From Macrostomum lignano (taxonomy: Eukaryota): 59,650 nucleotides of DNA. The position numbers were made by a program, and so were the translations under genes. The stretch spans positions 1 to 59,650 of the forward strand of contig NIVC01004117.1 of NCBI GenBank assembly GCA_002269645.1, written 5' to 3'. The notes under the pieces are model-generated. The model was not told the origin of the DNA and ran no database searches. It saw nothing but the letters and a program-made list of their open reading frames with translations. The number at the start of each line of letters is the position of its first letter. The first letter of the stretch is position 1. Of this stretch, positions 33,234 to 47,054 are shown piece by piece.

Positions 33234-34687
33234 GACTGCGCGAGCTACTCAGTACGTTCGCAGATCAAAAAAATACACTTCAGGCGAAAGAATTCGTTGG
33301 TAAAACTAACTTAAGAATCGAAAAGGCCAGCGAGCGCAGAAATTATCAAGCTCTCGATGTTCCGTTGGCTGATCTTATAGCAGAGAGTCGGGCCCGGACA
33401 GATAAAATGAGGGAGCGGCCGAGAATAAACGAAAAAAGCAACTGCATGGATCCGGAGCGGGTTCGGTCTAAAGTAGGGGGTTGGTGGCAGACTGGTTCCA
33501 GCGCACAGTGACATCGGGTAGAAATGGTCTGACCCTCGGTCGTAACGCCCGCTCCGAATCCTCCTGGATACGTTCAGCATATCTTCCAATGCTAGAACCG
33601 CTCTTCGTTTCCGGCTCTGCAAAATGCAGCAGCAGCAGCAGCAGCGCCATGCTGTACGGATTCGGTGCTGTCCCGATCGATAGTCTAGAGACGTTTTGGC
33701 TGCTTCACCTTCCCCCCGCTCTCCGCGAGCGAATGACCCCGCGGAAAACTTCCAGAATCTTCCATGTCTAACCTTTACCTTTCCATTTATGGACAGTTCC
33801 TTTCTTTCTAACCCCCCCCCCAAACCAGCTTCCCTTCGGTTTAGGGGAAGAGCGAAGAATCCGCTGGTGTGGGGTGAAGGGAGCCAAAGCGGTCTAGAGG
33901 AAAATGTCAGGCATTGGGGAATGCGGAATTCGGGAGCATTAGAGGGGAACGATGGAGGCAAACTTTCAATTCTTTCGTATCGCTATGGCTTTGAAGCTTT
34001 GTCAGCCCGCCCCAGCGTTGCCAAAGCCGGTAGGGGCGCTTCAATCCTCCCCACCATACCTGAAGGCTCTTAATTCCCTTTAGCTATAGGTAGATACTTG
34101 TGTTTACGCCGACTGATTTACGACTGCGTGCCCTAAATGCGCAACAGGGCTTAAACAACTTGCTCAGTCAATCTTGATGAAGAAGAGAAGCGCTGGTGGT
34201 CGGCTTTTATTCTGGGCGCCTGCGCCCAGACAATACGCAACATGCTGTCAAAATTTCCTTCTTATCGAAGCCTACGAAAAAATACCAGCAACTTCAGCCG
34301 GTTTGGTAAATTTAAATGTCACTCACTGCTGATAGAAAGTCCAACTAACTAAAGACCAATAAACTGAAAGCTTTATTGAAAGCAATTTAAGATGCGTTAC
34401 TTCGTTTCTTAGCACAGAACTAGAAATTTAATCGCCTTCTAAACTAATTAAGCTAGCCCGACTGAAGCTGGCGACTTCCTAACTTCATATGCTTTCTTGA
34501 CAGTAAAGAAGCTGAGAAAACTGTTGTTAAGTGCTAAAAAACTGGAGAATCCAATTATGGCTCATGTATTTTAAGGCGAACTCGGGCTCCTTAGTCAGAT
34601 TTTTACATTTGTCACTCGTGGCTGGCTGTCTGTCACTCCTTGTCTGTCGGTTACTATCGCTTTAGAGGTCACTAAATTCTGGCTAAG

Positions 34688-35130
34688 CTGTCACTCCTAA
34701 AGTCACTCAATGCTGACTATACTGTCACTCCTAAGGTCACTCAATGCTGGCTATACTGTCACTCCTAAGGTCACTCAATGCTGGCTATACTGTCACTCCT
34801 AATGTCACTCAATGCTGGCTATACTGTCACTCCTAATGTCACTCAATGCTGGCTATACTGTCACTCCTAATGTCACTCAATGCTGGCTATACTGTCACTC
34901 CTAAGGTCACTCAATGCTGGCTATACTGTCACTCCTAAGGTCACTCAATGCTGGCTATACTGTCACTCCTAATGTCACTCAATGCTGGCTATACTGTCAC
35001 TCCTAAGGTCACTCAATTCTGGCTATACTGTCACTCCTAATGTCACTCAATGCTGGCTATACTTTCACTCCTAAGGTCACTCAATGCTGGCTATACTGTC
35101 ACTCCTAAGGTCACTCAATGCTGGCTATGT
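34688..35130. repeat. 34-bp minisatellite (CTGTCACTCCTAAGGTCACTCAATGCTGGCTATA) x~13
   Basis: Period 34. Related diverged AAGGTCACTCAA units recur at ~35660-35830. Confidence 0.93.
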
Positions 35131-35987
35131 CACTCCCACATGCAATTTGACTCAAATCTGGAGTTTCTGCTCCCAAGGTCACTCAAGCCCTATGGGAATT
35201 AAAGCAAAGTTTCTTATGTAAAATTGCAGACAATGGATTATAGGAATTTTTGGATTATGATTATGATACAGAATTCTCCTGTAGAATGATTTTGTAATTA
35301 ATAAACTTTAAGTGCAGCCATTTTGAGCTTAGCTTTACCAAATAGTTACATTCATTTGAAAATTACTAAGGCTTGAAGCAGAAACTGGTACTCGAGACCA
35401 GACAGTAAGTATCAGATTGATTGAGCATCTTTATACCTATCATCTATTTTTATAGTACATCTAGTTACGCAATGCCTTACAATATTATATCGATCAAAAA
35501 ATTAGCATTGCTTACGAGCGCAAAACATCAGTAATGACTTTTTAATAAAGTAAATGCAAGTGCTAGCCCTGAAAAAGAAAAGCGACGTAGTTAACCAAAG
35601 CGAGTAAATCTGAAATTTCAATCCGCTCCAGTCATCGAAGATTTTTAGCTTTTTATCCCTGCCAGAGTCATTCAAGGCCGTTGGCCGTATATCCCGCCAA
35701 GGTTACTCATGGTCTGGCCTTGTATCCCTCTCAAGGTCACTCAAGGCCGTTGGTCTTATATCCCTCTCAAGGTCACTCAAGGTAATTGGCCTTATATCCG
35801 CCTCAAGGTCAACTCAAGGCCGTTGGTCATACATCCTCATTTAAGACTACTAGTAATAGAGAACCTCACAATTTAAAGGAAAGTTTGTAGAACTGACTTA
35901 ATAAATTATTACAGGAGGAGATAAATTACAACTTCAAGTCAGTATACGATGGCTGAAACAGTACTTTTGATACAACCAGAAAAAACG

Positions 35988-36534
35988 TCAATAATTGCCC
36001 ATTTTTGACGCCGTTCTGTTTATCGAGTCTATAAAATAATCCTCCGAAACTGTGTTGTCGACGTTGTCCATTGATTGGTTCTTGATTTCCGCTATTGGAA
36101 TCTTTGATTCGACCTTTGGCATTTTCGGCGTGCTTCGCGTCCGCAGTTTGTAGGAGCCGCTAAAAAGCAAAAGTACACGGGATCTACATGTAGGTCTGGT
36201 TCTAGCGACTGGTTTGAGTAGTTTGTAGAAAACTTTCAAATGCGCGCCCAGTATATTTTGTACTCTACTGGAAGTAGTCGGGGTGCTTTCTTAATACGCA
36301 TTGGGGCACTAAAGCGAACCCAGTCTGGACTCACATTTGATCGCCATTCTGAGAAGCCAGCTTTCGACGATGTTGAAGACGTCTCTTTTGAATTAGCATT
36401 GCGCTCACGAGAATTATCATGAGCAGATTGAGCACAGTGAATATGGTGAACAGCACCATAATCAGGTCCATGCCAGTCCTATTTGTAGACGGTTGCGAGA
36501 CAGGTGTCGTCTGATTTTTTTCACCTATCGCCAT
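35988..36534 (-). CDS. Small orphan single-pass membrane protein (123 aa; exons 36335-36534 and 35988-36159)
   Basis: Phase-2 GTGAGT donor and TTTTTAG acceptor join in frame. N-terminal NQT/NRT sequons, hydrophobic LIMVLFTIFTVLNLLMIILVSAMLI, followed by basic QKRRLQHRRK. Confidence 0.65.
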
Positions 36535-36830
36535 GGTGTGTATGGATAAGTCCTGCGCTTGATGTCAATCCTAGGTATTTTCAGAACTTATGCGGCAACA
36601 AACATTGAAAGTATTGCTTTGGTGCCATGCCATAGACAACGAGTTATGCGATGTCTCAACATGTCTCAACATGTCCGTTACATTTTCTGGTATGCTTACT
36701 CAGCTCAGAGATATCTATGGCCAAACTCTCTTTTCGGTAGAATGCACGAGATGAGCAGTTAATTTATTTAAATTTACTTTTTCTTTTTGTTTGGTTTGCG
36801 TTATAGCAGCTGACACAGGTATCCAGAGCC

Positions 36831-39800
36831 ATGGCCAAGCCAGACGAGGAAGCCACTGGTCGAAAGCGAAACATCCTGTTAGAGACTTTTGACAGTATCC
36901 GGGACGATTTGCGTCGAGGCGAGCATCAATTTGCTGTTAAAGTGCGCATCGTTCGTGGCCGGCAGATTCAGGGCGGCAATGTGTCACCCAAGGTTAAACC
37001 TTAAATATGATTATAATTGATATAAATAGTGAGCTATGTAGTAACTTATTCTGGGTCTTTCATGGCTGCTTGGGTCTACATTTCTGTAGGAGGTTGAGTA
37101 TACGTTTCTGTAGGAGGTTGAGTATATGTTTCTGTAGGGGGTTGAGTCTACGTTTCTGTAGGAGGTTGAGTATACGTTTCTGTAGGAGGTTGAGTATACG
37201 TTTCTGTAGGAGGTTGAGTATATGTTTCTGTAGGGGGTTGAGTCTACGTTTCTGTAGGAGGTTGAGTCTACGTTTCTGTAGGAGGTTGAGTATACGTTTC
37301 TGTAGGAGGTTGAGTATACGTTTCTGTAGGAGGTTGAGTATATGTTTCTGTAGGGGGTTGAGTCTACGTTTCTGTAGGAGGTTGAGTATATGTTTCTGTA
37401 GGGGGTTGAGTCTACGTTTCTGTAGGGGGTTGAGTATATGTTTCTGTAGGAGGTTGAGTCTACGTTTCTGTAGGAGGTTGAGTCTACGTTTCTGTAGGAG
37501 GTTGAGTATACGTTTCTGTAGGAGGTTGAGTATACGTTTCTGTAGGAGGTTGAGTATATGTTTCTGTAGGGGGTTGAGTCTACGTTTCTGTAGGAGGTTG
37601 AGTATATGTTTCTGTAGGGGGTTGAGTCTACGTTTCTGTAGGGGGTTGAGTATATGTTTCTGTAAGGGGTTGAGTCTACGTTTCTGTAGGGGGTTGAGTC
37701 TACGTTTCTGTAGGAGGTTGAGTATATGTTTCTGTAGGAGGTTGAGTCTACGTTTCTGTAGGAGGTTGAGTCTACGTTTCTGTAGGGGGTTGAGTATATG
37801 TTTCTGTAAGGGGTTGAGTCTACGTTTCTGTAGGGGGTTGAGTATACGTTTCTATAGGGTGTTAGGTCTACGTTTCTGTATAGGTTGAGACGTTTCTCCA
37901 GGGGTTGAGTCTGTCTACGTGTCTATAGACAATGGGGTCTAATATCAGCATACTATCTTAACTGAATATAATTTCTCAGCTTCGCTCAAAATCAACCAGG
38001 TGTGCGTCTTATTTATGAAGCAGAAGCGTTGGACCCAGAGAGAGACGAGCAGCACAAATCAGCCATTCTGGGGCGAGAGTTTCCATTTTAGCTGCCTGAC
38101 CAATGTTGAAACCCTGCTGCGCGAGAATGTCACATTTCGCGTGGTGAACAGTCGAATGTTCAGGCGCAACCTGCTCATTGGCGAGTTCCAGCTCAGCACC
38201 GTGCTGGTGGCTGGCGAACGCGATCGGTCCATGTTCAACCGTTGGTTGGCTATTGTCGATCCGAAGGACCCAGCCACCATGTGCAAAGGATTCTTGCAGG
38301 TCTGCGTGGCCCTGGTGTTCCCCAACGAGCCGGAAGCTCAATGGCCGGACCCGTTGGCTCATAATTCCAGCGTGGAAGACCTGGAATCTACTGTGCTAAC
38401 CTGCTCAGGCTACGCATTCCTAAAGATTACCTTCATACTGTCGGTTTATGTAATGCAGGATATTCCAACACACGATATCAAGGGACAAAAGGTTTGAGTG
38501 GACGATATTTAAGGCATGATTGGGTGCTGGATAGATGCTTTTACAGTCGCCAGCAAGTTGGTTACATTTTAATGTGTTTGAAATCACTCGTAACAAACAT
38601 CGCTAACGTTTAAGATTATTGAGCCCAGGTGGAAAGCTATTTTATAAGAAAGAACTGAGGGTATTAGGCTGGCTACTATAAAGTAATCGTTTCTCGCAAA
38701 ACCACATTATCATGCATAATCGATTCATCGTCAACAATGCACCTCGCCCAGGTAACCAGCGTGGCTATGGGGCTATCTTTTGCCGGCAAGTCGGTGGTTA
38801 CGGAGCCAATTTTCCTGCCAGATTCTGTATCGGAGCCTCTGCAAGTTAAAAAAATCCTGCGACTTACTGTGTCTTGGCCTTCTATGTGCACCAAGCTCAA
38901 CTTTAACCTATACTCTGCCCGCGAAAAGTCTTTAACACCTCTCTGTTGCCACTCGTTTTGCATTCAGGACATTGCGGTGGAGAGTGCGACAGCGCTAAGA
39001 CGGAATGTTAATTCCATGGCTACGAAAAGTGCTGAGCAGCAAACGTCATTGTATGAGCGAACCTACGACGGAAATCGGCGCCGCTCCGATGAAATACACC
39101 ACGAAGCAGGGGCCGTCAGTAAAAAAAATCATGAAAAAACTGATGGCTCAAAGCAGACGTCAAAGGATGACGGCTTCATGCCAAAAATCGGACCTTGTTT
39201 TGTTAATATGTACGGCGCGCCTCTGGACACGTTTGAGGATAAAATTGATATTCAGTATATTCGCGAGATGAACGACGGCACTATTGAGGGCTGCGCCTAC
39301 CGGGGTCGCGTATTCGTCCGCCTACAGAGCGAGTTCTGCGAGAGCGCCGCGGACGATACTGGCATCCGAGATCTCGAGCTTGGCGCCAAGGAGCAGCGAG
39401 ACTTACAGGCGTATGCCAGGTCCAACACCTTCCTACTGTTTGGGACAATCAGCGCTGTGCCTCTTGTGGCCGATGCCAAGAGCCCCGTCCAGTTCGAGCT
39501 CTCAATTGGGCACAACGGCGTCAATAGCATGAGCGCCGCCACCCATTCGAACTGCTATCCGTCAATCTCATTCAGCATTAATCCCAAGGAGATCTTGAAG
39601 ACACAGCGGTTGCTCAGCGGCCACTCGTACTCAACCCTAACGCTGGACAATGAGAAGCCGGCCTTCCTCATCGAGAGCAGCTGGGAGGATATCCGCTACC
39701 GAATGCACTTTTACAATTACGTAGTTAATCTGCATGCAAGTTGGGAGCGGAGCAAAAGTCTGATAGTCATGAGCTACAAGCTGGGACTGCCTCGGGATCG

Positions 39801-42800
39801 AGTTCTCTTGTCCATCAGGAGCCTCTGCTGCGAGCTTCAGCAGTGCATGTCTCAGACTCCTGTGCCCAGCAGCACCGCTATGGAGGCGGGCATGAACGAT
39901 ATGGATAAGCAGTGGAAGGCGATGCGCTGCCAGCAGCTCAAAGATATCTTCGACAAGCTGAACACCATTCACAGAATGGCTATTGCTGCTGCGAATTCGA
40001 ATAGGCAGATTGAGATGAACCGAGTCGCCTCTCAACTATGCGAAAAATTGACAGATGTTTCACTCTTATTGGAAAACATTAAAAAGGAACCGCAGCTCAG
40101 CATACCGGATGTATTTATATACATGCTGGTCAATAACGAGCGTAAAGCATATGCGCGCCTGCCCGTTGCTAGTATTTATTACTGCCAGGTGGACGCGGTG
40201 CAGTATACGCTGGCTGACTCTCTGGACAAATCCACACCGGATTTGACTCGCTATCGAGGCTCAAAAGCCAATAGAATGGAAACAATCTTCTTCAAGCACA
40301 TTCCCGGGCTAAGGGGAATCGATCCCGAGGCCTACTGGCCTATTCCTTGCATGGCTCGAATAAAACTGCTTTTCGGCCTGAGCACAACAATGCGCAACGG
40401 CGTGCTGCCTCCTGTCAGCTACTACGGCATCATCTATGAATGCACAAAAATTAGCAGCTTCTTTGATTCAGTTTGTGGCGGACAACAGACTCCCGAGCTG
40501 CTCAACTTCAAGACCGACGCGTCTGGCGTCAACTCAATTGATGCAAGCAGCAGCCTGATCAAAGATAAACTCTGCCAGACAGACGAGGATAACTCGGCCA
40601 ACTGGAGGTGGACCAGCGAGTGGTCACCCTGGCCGGATACTTCCGTGCTGGTGAACTCGCTAGTGGAGACAGTATATGACTACGCATACATGGTGCACAT
40701 GCGCGAGAATCCGGTAGACCGAAGCAAAGCCGCGCACTGGCGCTTCCTAGGCTATTACACCGAGGGAATGGTTCGCATTCCGGTCACGGGCAACCGGCCG
40801 GACGTCGATTTTAACATCGATCCCCAACGATGGATTGTAGTGATGGAAAAGGATCCGCTGACGGGTGAGGAAGTTGGCTGGATAGAGGTGAAGGACTCAG
40901 AAGAGTACTGCAAGGACATGAAGTTCTCCCCAAAAGAGGTAACAACAACAGTAAGGCTGGAAAGCAATTTTGCTCGGAAGCAACTGCAGAGGAAACGGAG
41001 ACGTCGGGATGTAGTTTATACGGAGTCCATCAATATCACGTTTGTTAGATCGAGCGACAAGCGCTGGAACCTGACGCGCATAAACAGATTCGATGGTTTT
41101 AACAAGCAAATTGAGCTCAATAGGAATGCAATTCGAAGTTGGACGCAGCTGCAAAATCTGAGTCCACTGCCTGTCGACTTAGTCAGCGATTCACTCTGGC
41201 AGTTTGGTCAAAATCGTGATTCAGTCTCATCAAAGGAATCCGGCGATGAAAATCCGAAGACTCGGGTTTTTAGATGGATTGACGATTGGCAGGAAATGAT
41301 GGAGCCAATGGTTAGCAGTGACAAGCGGCTAGTCGAGGTGGTTCTTGAGCGGCGCAAGATTGCTCTTGACGTGCCAATTAATTCTGATGATAAGGCCGTC
41401 CCAGAGAATCATGGCTGCACTGAATACGGCCAGTCACTAACAGAGAGTGTTTTTCATATGAGCCCGCAGAAAGGCGACAGGTTGAAGCGGGTTCGGCTCC
41501 GGCGCTCGATTGACCCTGGCGAGGTCAGTCTGAGCCTGCAATCCACGATACGAGATCGCACCATAAAATTGGCTCCTTATCCAACATTTATGGTGCAGCG
41601 CAGGGTAGGAAAAAAGTCGCGCCTCTGCTGCCTGTTTAACAGCATTGACCAGTTTCCGGCGCCCACCACGGTGACGGCAATCGTAGATGCGCAGCAAATA
41701 TGCCGCTGGGAGATGCGATGCTACTTTCACGAGGCTCGCGACTTGATCGTAGCCGACAGGAAGGATCGGCTGTACCTGTACGCCATCCTAAGCGTGGCCG
41801 GTGTCAGCGTCGCCTCCTCAATAATTGAGAACGACTTCAACACTCAGCTGTGGCGATGGAATGAGACAATCATCTTTCGCAACTTGGTATTCCATGAGGA
41901 CGTGGAGCAGGTAGCAGCAACGCCGCCAGTTGTTGTGATTGAATTTTTTCGCAAGCTACCAATACACAACGACATGTTCCTCGGTCGATGCATTGTAGAT
42001 AGCGAGAACTTTGTCGTTCAGGTAGATGAGAATCAGACGGAAGACCGCGTACCTGTGCTCCAATGGTACAAAGTGCACTTGCTTAACATAGAAGACGCGG
42101 GCTGTGTGCTGGCCGGTTTCCACTTTCGACATCGGGACACGTTTCGACCGTCGGCAAAAATCTTTGAGAATTCTTTTCTAACTCCACCGTCGAAGAACAT
42201 GGTGGAGTTGTTCAAAAAGGATCGAGTTGTGCTGGACAATATGCGCCGGTTTGAAATACCAGACGCCATTCTGCCCGTGCTTGCGCCTCACGTACTAAAG
42301 ATTACCTCGTGGGGTTTGCGCCAGCTGCGCAAGTACATGCTTTCAAGCGTGACCAGGCCGACAATCGAGTTTCGCATAGGGCACAATGTTATTCAGACAA
42401 AGAGTTTAACGCTTGAGAAGAGCCCAAATTTTTCCCAGATGTCTCACTCGCTGCTGATCTTTCTGCCAGTGGAGATCGCCTACCTGCCGGAGCTGTTTAT
42501 TGTTGCCAGGGATGCCAGGTCGTTTGGTCGGACGCCGCTTACTGGCATGGCTAAGATACCCCTGCATGTGTGCCGGTTCAAAGATCAGGTATGCCACACG
42601 GCTGTTTTTTAACTGGTTTATTCCAGCGTCAGTGTCTGTTCCATTTGATTGTGACAACAGCGGCATAATTTTACTCCTATAGGATTGAGATTTTAATGGG
42701 TGCATTAACACGTTTATACGTTATCACATTTTGTGATAATATCACTTATATTTTTCTTTTTTATCCCAAACTCGTTAACTAAAATGGAGTCAACGTGTCT

Positions 42801-45800
42801 AGAAGTCAGAATAATTATCAGCTCAATCCTTCTGATCCTCAATGCCCATGCAGGTTCGCCTTGAGGAGCTGGACCCCGAGGAGATCGACTTCTTTCTAAA
42901 CGACCTGTGCGGCCGAATCCGCACAATGTCCAGGGCCCAGAATGAGACATACAATCATGTGCATCATCCTTTGCGGCAGGACTTTTCCCGCGAGTTCTTC
43001 TTCCTGTTGGAGCCGCCGCCTGTATTGCACCCAACTGCTGTGCTCAGCGACTTCCAGATTAAGCAATTGAATACGATGCTCACTCAAAAGTCGAAGTCTC
43101 AAGGTTTCAAGGCGAGACTTCGCAGTGCAATTTTTAGTTTCGTTGCGCCTGACAATGAACAGGGCACCGTGGAAACGGACGGCCTGGAAGAGTTCAACGT
43201 CAGGGCTGCTCTGGGCGATGAGACCCTCTCTAAGACCAAACCCGACTGGTGGTGCAAGTACTATCTATCGAAGGAAGACGACTCAACCAAGGCCGTCAAC
43301 TACTTGGAGGGCGATCGGCTCGAGTTTTATCGAACCAGCCTGGAGGACGCGGAGGTGACTATTGGCGATCCGGAATCGCTAAGGGCGGCTGCAAAACGAC
43401 TGGGCGAGCTTTACCAAATTAGTTCTGAAATTGAATCGAATGTAGCAAAGTCTGATGAAGACATGACGGCAAGCCTCGGCATCGTGAAGTACAACGGCTT
43501 CGAGGATGTGTTTGAAGAAATCAATCTGCAGCGCTGCAATCAGATGACCGGCGACGAGGAGGGTCGCAAATTCGGCTGCTTCCTTGGAAAGGTGCGACTC
43601 TACTATGTTGGAGCTTTAGCTGGAGCTGCCGAAGTTAGCGAAAAGCTCGAAGATCTTTACAAGACCAAACAAAAGATGCGTGAGCTGCCGTACAATCCTC
43701 TGTATAGCAGTGTGCCCGTGGAAATGGCTGATCAGGAGTGTCTGGTGCGGGTTTACATTGTGCGTGCATTAGAACTTCAGGCTGGAAGCTTCTCTAACCT
43801 GCCAAACTCCTACGTTGAAGTGTTCACTGCAGACAACAAGAGCGAGAATCAACTGCGCAGCAATCGAGCCTCCTCTGTGGAGATGGACAACAACCCTGTA
43901 TACGGCTGCATGTTCGAGCTGTACTGCATTTTACCAATGCAGACCAGACTGCGCGTTCGAGTCATGGACAAATCCGGTTTACTATTCGACGAAGAGATCG
44001 GCTCTACGTCAATCAATTTGGAGCGGCGTATGACCACTATCTACCGGGCCAGCTGCGGCCTGCCGCAGAACTATCGCTTGAGCGGCATCAACGCCTGGCG
44101 AGACGTGCAGAAGCCCAGCCAGATACTCTCTCGGCTCTGTCGCCGGTTCGGCCTGGAGTCGCCACGGGCTGAGACGTTGCACGAAGACACCGACGACCAG
44201 GCCGGCGCCGGAGACGACGACGAGGCGAGGCGAGATTCAGGCGCCAAGGTGCTGCACAGGTACAAGGTTTTCCCGCCGCGAACTTGGCAGGGAGAGAACC
44301 GGCACCGCAAGTTGCGGTCCGTCTCTGGCTACCGCGACAATAGATCGCAAATGTTGGCTATGCAAAGCAACGTTGAGGACGAAGATAATTCTGGCGCCGA
44401 GAAGCCGCAGGTTGCCGAGGAGAACGAAGGCAGCAGAGCCAGCTCCCGCGGTAGCTTCCGCGGCAGCTACCGAGAACGCAGCGGAAGCCGTGCTGGGGGC
44501 GGTAGCCGCCTCGGTGATGGCGATGCCATCTCAGTATCGACGGATGGAGACGATGAGGAGGAAGAAGTTACGGCTGGAGCAAGCCCTCTCTTGGATATGA
44601 CGCCTAACTTTCTCACCACCAACATCATCTCAGCCATTCGCCAGGTGACGCCCCGCGCAGCTCCGAAAACCCAGTTGCCAGCCGTGTTCAAGTTAGAGGA
44701 ATTTGATCGCATGAACGAAGAACGCGGAATTCACCTAGGGCCCAACGATCATGAGCCCGAAATCTGCAGGGAGCGCCTAGCATTGAACATTCTTCGCCGA
44801 CTGCCGTTGGTTCGGGAACACGTTGAAACTAGACCGCTGTACAATGCCTTGCAACCTGGCTTGGTGCAAGGCCGCCTGGAGATGTGGGTGGATATCTTCA
44901 GCTTGGGAGGCCTATCCCAGCGAGGCGCTAGTGACGATGGCAAGAAGCTCAAAGCCGAGGAGATGATTTCAAAGCTTCGCGACTTGCTGCCGCCTGCGGT
45001 GAGCATCGCGCCGCGCGAACCTCAGCCGTACGAGCTACGCGTGGTGATGTGGAGCGTCCACGATGTCATCGCCGAGCTGACCAGCCAGGAGAAAACAACC
45101 GGCGACTTGTACATCCGCGCCTGGATGGAGGGCCTCGGTGATACGCAGGAGACGGACGTGCACTACAATTCGTTGCAGGGTGAGGGCGAGTTCAACTGGC
45201 GATTCGTGTTCCAGCTGGACTATCTGCCGCATGAGAGAACCATCTGCGGCAAGCAGAAGGTCAGCCTGTTCACCCGTGTGCTCACCAAGATCCCCCCGAT
45301 GCTGCACATCCAGGTGAGCCTAAAGTGATAGAACTAAAAAACTGACACGGTTTGTTGAATGCTCCAAACAGGAAAAATCAGAGGAATGAGGGACAAGTCG
45401 GAGGGATAAAAGACAAGTTGGAGGGATGACAGACAAGTCGGAGGGATGACAGACAAGTCGGAGGGATAAAAGACAAGTCGGAGGGATAAAAGACAAGTCG
45501 GAGGGATGACAGACAAGTCGGAGGGATAAAAGACAAGTCGGAGGGATGAAAGACAAGTCGGAGGGATGACAGGCAAGTCGGAGGGATGAAAGACAAGTCG
45601 GAGGGATGAAAGTCAAGTCGGAGGGATGACAGGCAAGTCGGAGGGATGAAAGACAAGTCGGAGGGATGAAAGTCAAGTCGGAGGGATGAAAGTCAAGTCG
45701 GAGGGATGACAGGCAAGTCGGAGGGATAAAAGACAAGTTGGAGAGATGAGGGACAAGTCGGAGGGATGAAAGTCAAGTCGGAGGGGCAGAAGCTACCCGT

Positions 45801-46458
45801 GCAGTCTTAACCCGAAACGGAATCCCATCAAATGAAACTTAAAACTGATCAGGTTTGGGACAACCGACGCTTCCGTTTCGACGACTTTATCGGCAGCGTC
45901 GAGCTGGACCTCGCCAAGCTGCTGCAGCCGGCGCGGCACAAAGACGAATGCCAGCTGCGCCAGCGATGGCAGATGGGCTCTGTCAATGACATGCCCGGCG
46001 CCCGGTCCATCGTGTCCAACCGGTCAACCGTCTTGAATTCCGCTGTCGCAGTCCCGACGCCCTCCGTCAATCTGTTCGAAGTGCAGCGGGTCTATGGCTA
46101 CTGGCCGCTGAGCGCCTGCAAGTCTATGGAGGCCCTGGAAAGCAAGTCCGGTGCCTGGATGGTTGGCAAGGCCCTAATGGAGCTTGAGATTCTGTCGCGA
46201 GAGGAAGCCGAGCTGAAGCCGGCCGGCCTGGGCCGAGGTGAACCCAACCAGCATCCGTACCTGCCGCCGCCGAGCAGGCTAACAATCAGCAACAGCTTCT
46301 GGTCCAGCGCTTTGGCCGCGTTTCGAACCATTTTCTGGCCAAAGTACAAATGGTACATCATAGCGGCTCTGCTGGCGGTGGCCTTTCTGGCCATCCTAAT
46401 AGTCGCCATCGTACAGATGCCGATGTCGACTCTCACAAATAATGCCGTAAATATTTGA
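36831..46458 (+). CDS. Ferlin-family multi-C2 tail-anchored protein (~2,500 aa); exons approx. 36831-36992, 38000-38491, 38752-42588, 42854-45313, 45853-46458
   Basis: Several C2 domains, FerI-like CKGFLQV, FerB-like EPQLSIPDVFIYML, SFAGK and WPSMC motifs, Ferlin_C PAGLGRGEPN, C-terminal TM helix. Phase-0 GT-AG junctions; the start of exon 3 and possible upstream exons are uncertain. Confidence 0.9.
37075..37880. repeat. 24-bp minisatellite (GTTTCTGTAGGAGGTTGAGTATAC) x~33 in ferlin intron 1
   Basis: Period 24. Confidence 0.95.
45385..45785. repeat. 20-bp minisatellite (GACAAGTCGGAGGGATAAAA) x~20 in the last ferlin intron
   Basis: Period 20. Confidence 0.95.
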
Positions 46459-46868
46459 TAGATTTAAGATTGAAAGCCGCAATTTAGCTTGTGACAAGGT
46501 TACCTCTATAGCAAAAATTTTCTTTTTTATTCATGCTTTCTAATTCATACAAGTCTTTTTAAATGTAGATTCTGTTACTGTTTCATTTTTGTAGTAACAT
46601 CTTTCGTTGTATCCTAGCAAGAGTTTTATCCGTAACAATGTCCGTACACTGTTTAGAACAAAAATAGGTCTACCATAACTACAGCGCAATTTCTACACAC
46701 TCGAGTCTTTCTGTAGTTATTCGACCATGCTTTCTCGACGAATTTGCCTCGCGTGCAGTTGCTTGAGGGCAGGCACAGCCGGGTGATGAGTAGAGAGAGC
46801 AAATGAGCGACTTGCCGCCGTAGCGTAATGCAATACATTATTCCTATCAACTCGATTTACTCGCACCG

Positions 46869-47054
46869 ATGGCTGCTCCTTCATCTGTTGGGGTAATTTT
46901 ATCTGTCTCCCTGACTCTGCAGATAGTTGTCTGTCTTGCCGGTCCGTTCCGTCAAGATGAAACGGCCGAGCGGTTTGGCTGGTTGGCCTCCATAAGAGGC
47001 AGGCATGCGCAAAATCTCCCGTTTGAAGATAAGGCCGCCCCAGCCAAGGTTTGA
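46869..47054 (+). CDS. Possible small secreted peptide precursor ORF (61 aa)
   Basis: Hydrophobic N-terminus and R-FGWLASIR-G-R segment; the hydrophobicity could instead come from a polypyrimidine tract. Confidence 0.25.
   Translation: MAAPSSVGVILSVSLTLQIVVCLAGPFRQDETAERFGWLASIRGRHAQNLPFEDKAAPAKV

Noticed and set aside
33311-34073. GC-rich overlapping ORFs upstream of calponin; faint likeness of FLPDVTVRWN to LINE RT C-termini
   Set aside because: Too weak by eye; no RT core motifs nearby.
37007-37888. 293-aa CRRLSIRF ORF
   Set aside because: 24-bp intronic minisatellite.
45320-45736. IPPTCLSSLRL ORFs
   Set aside because: 20-bp intronic minisatellite.
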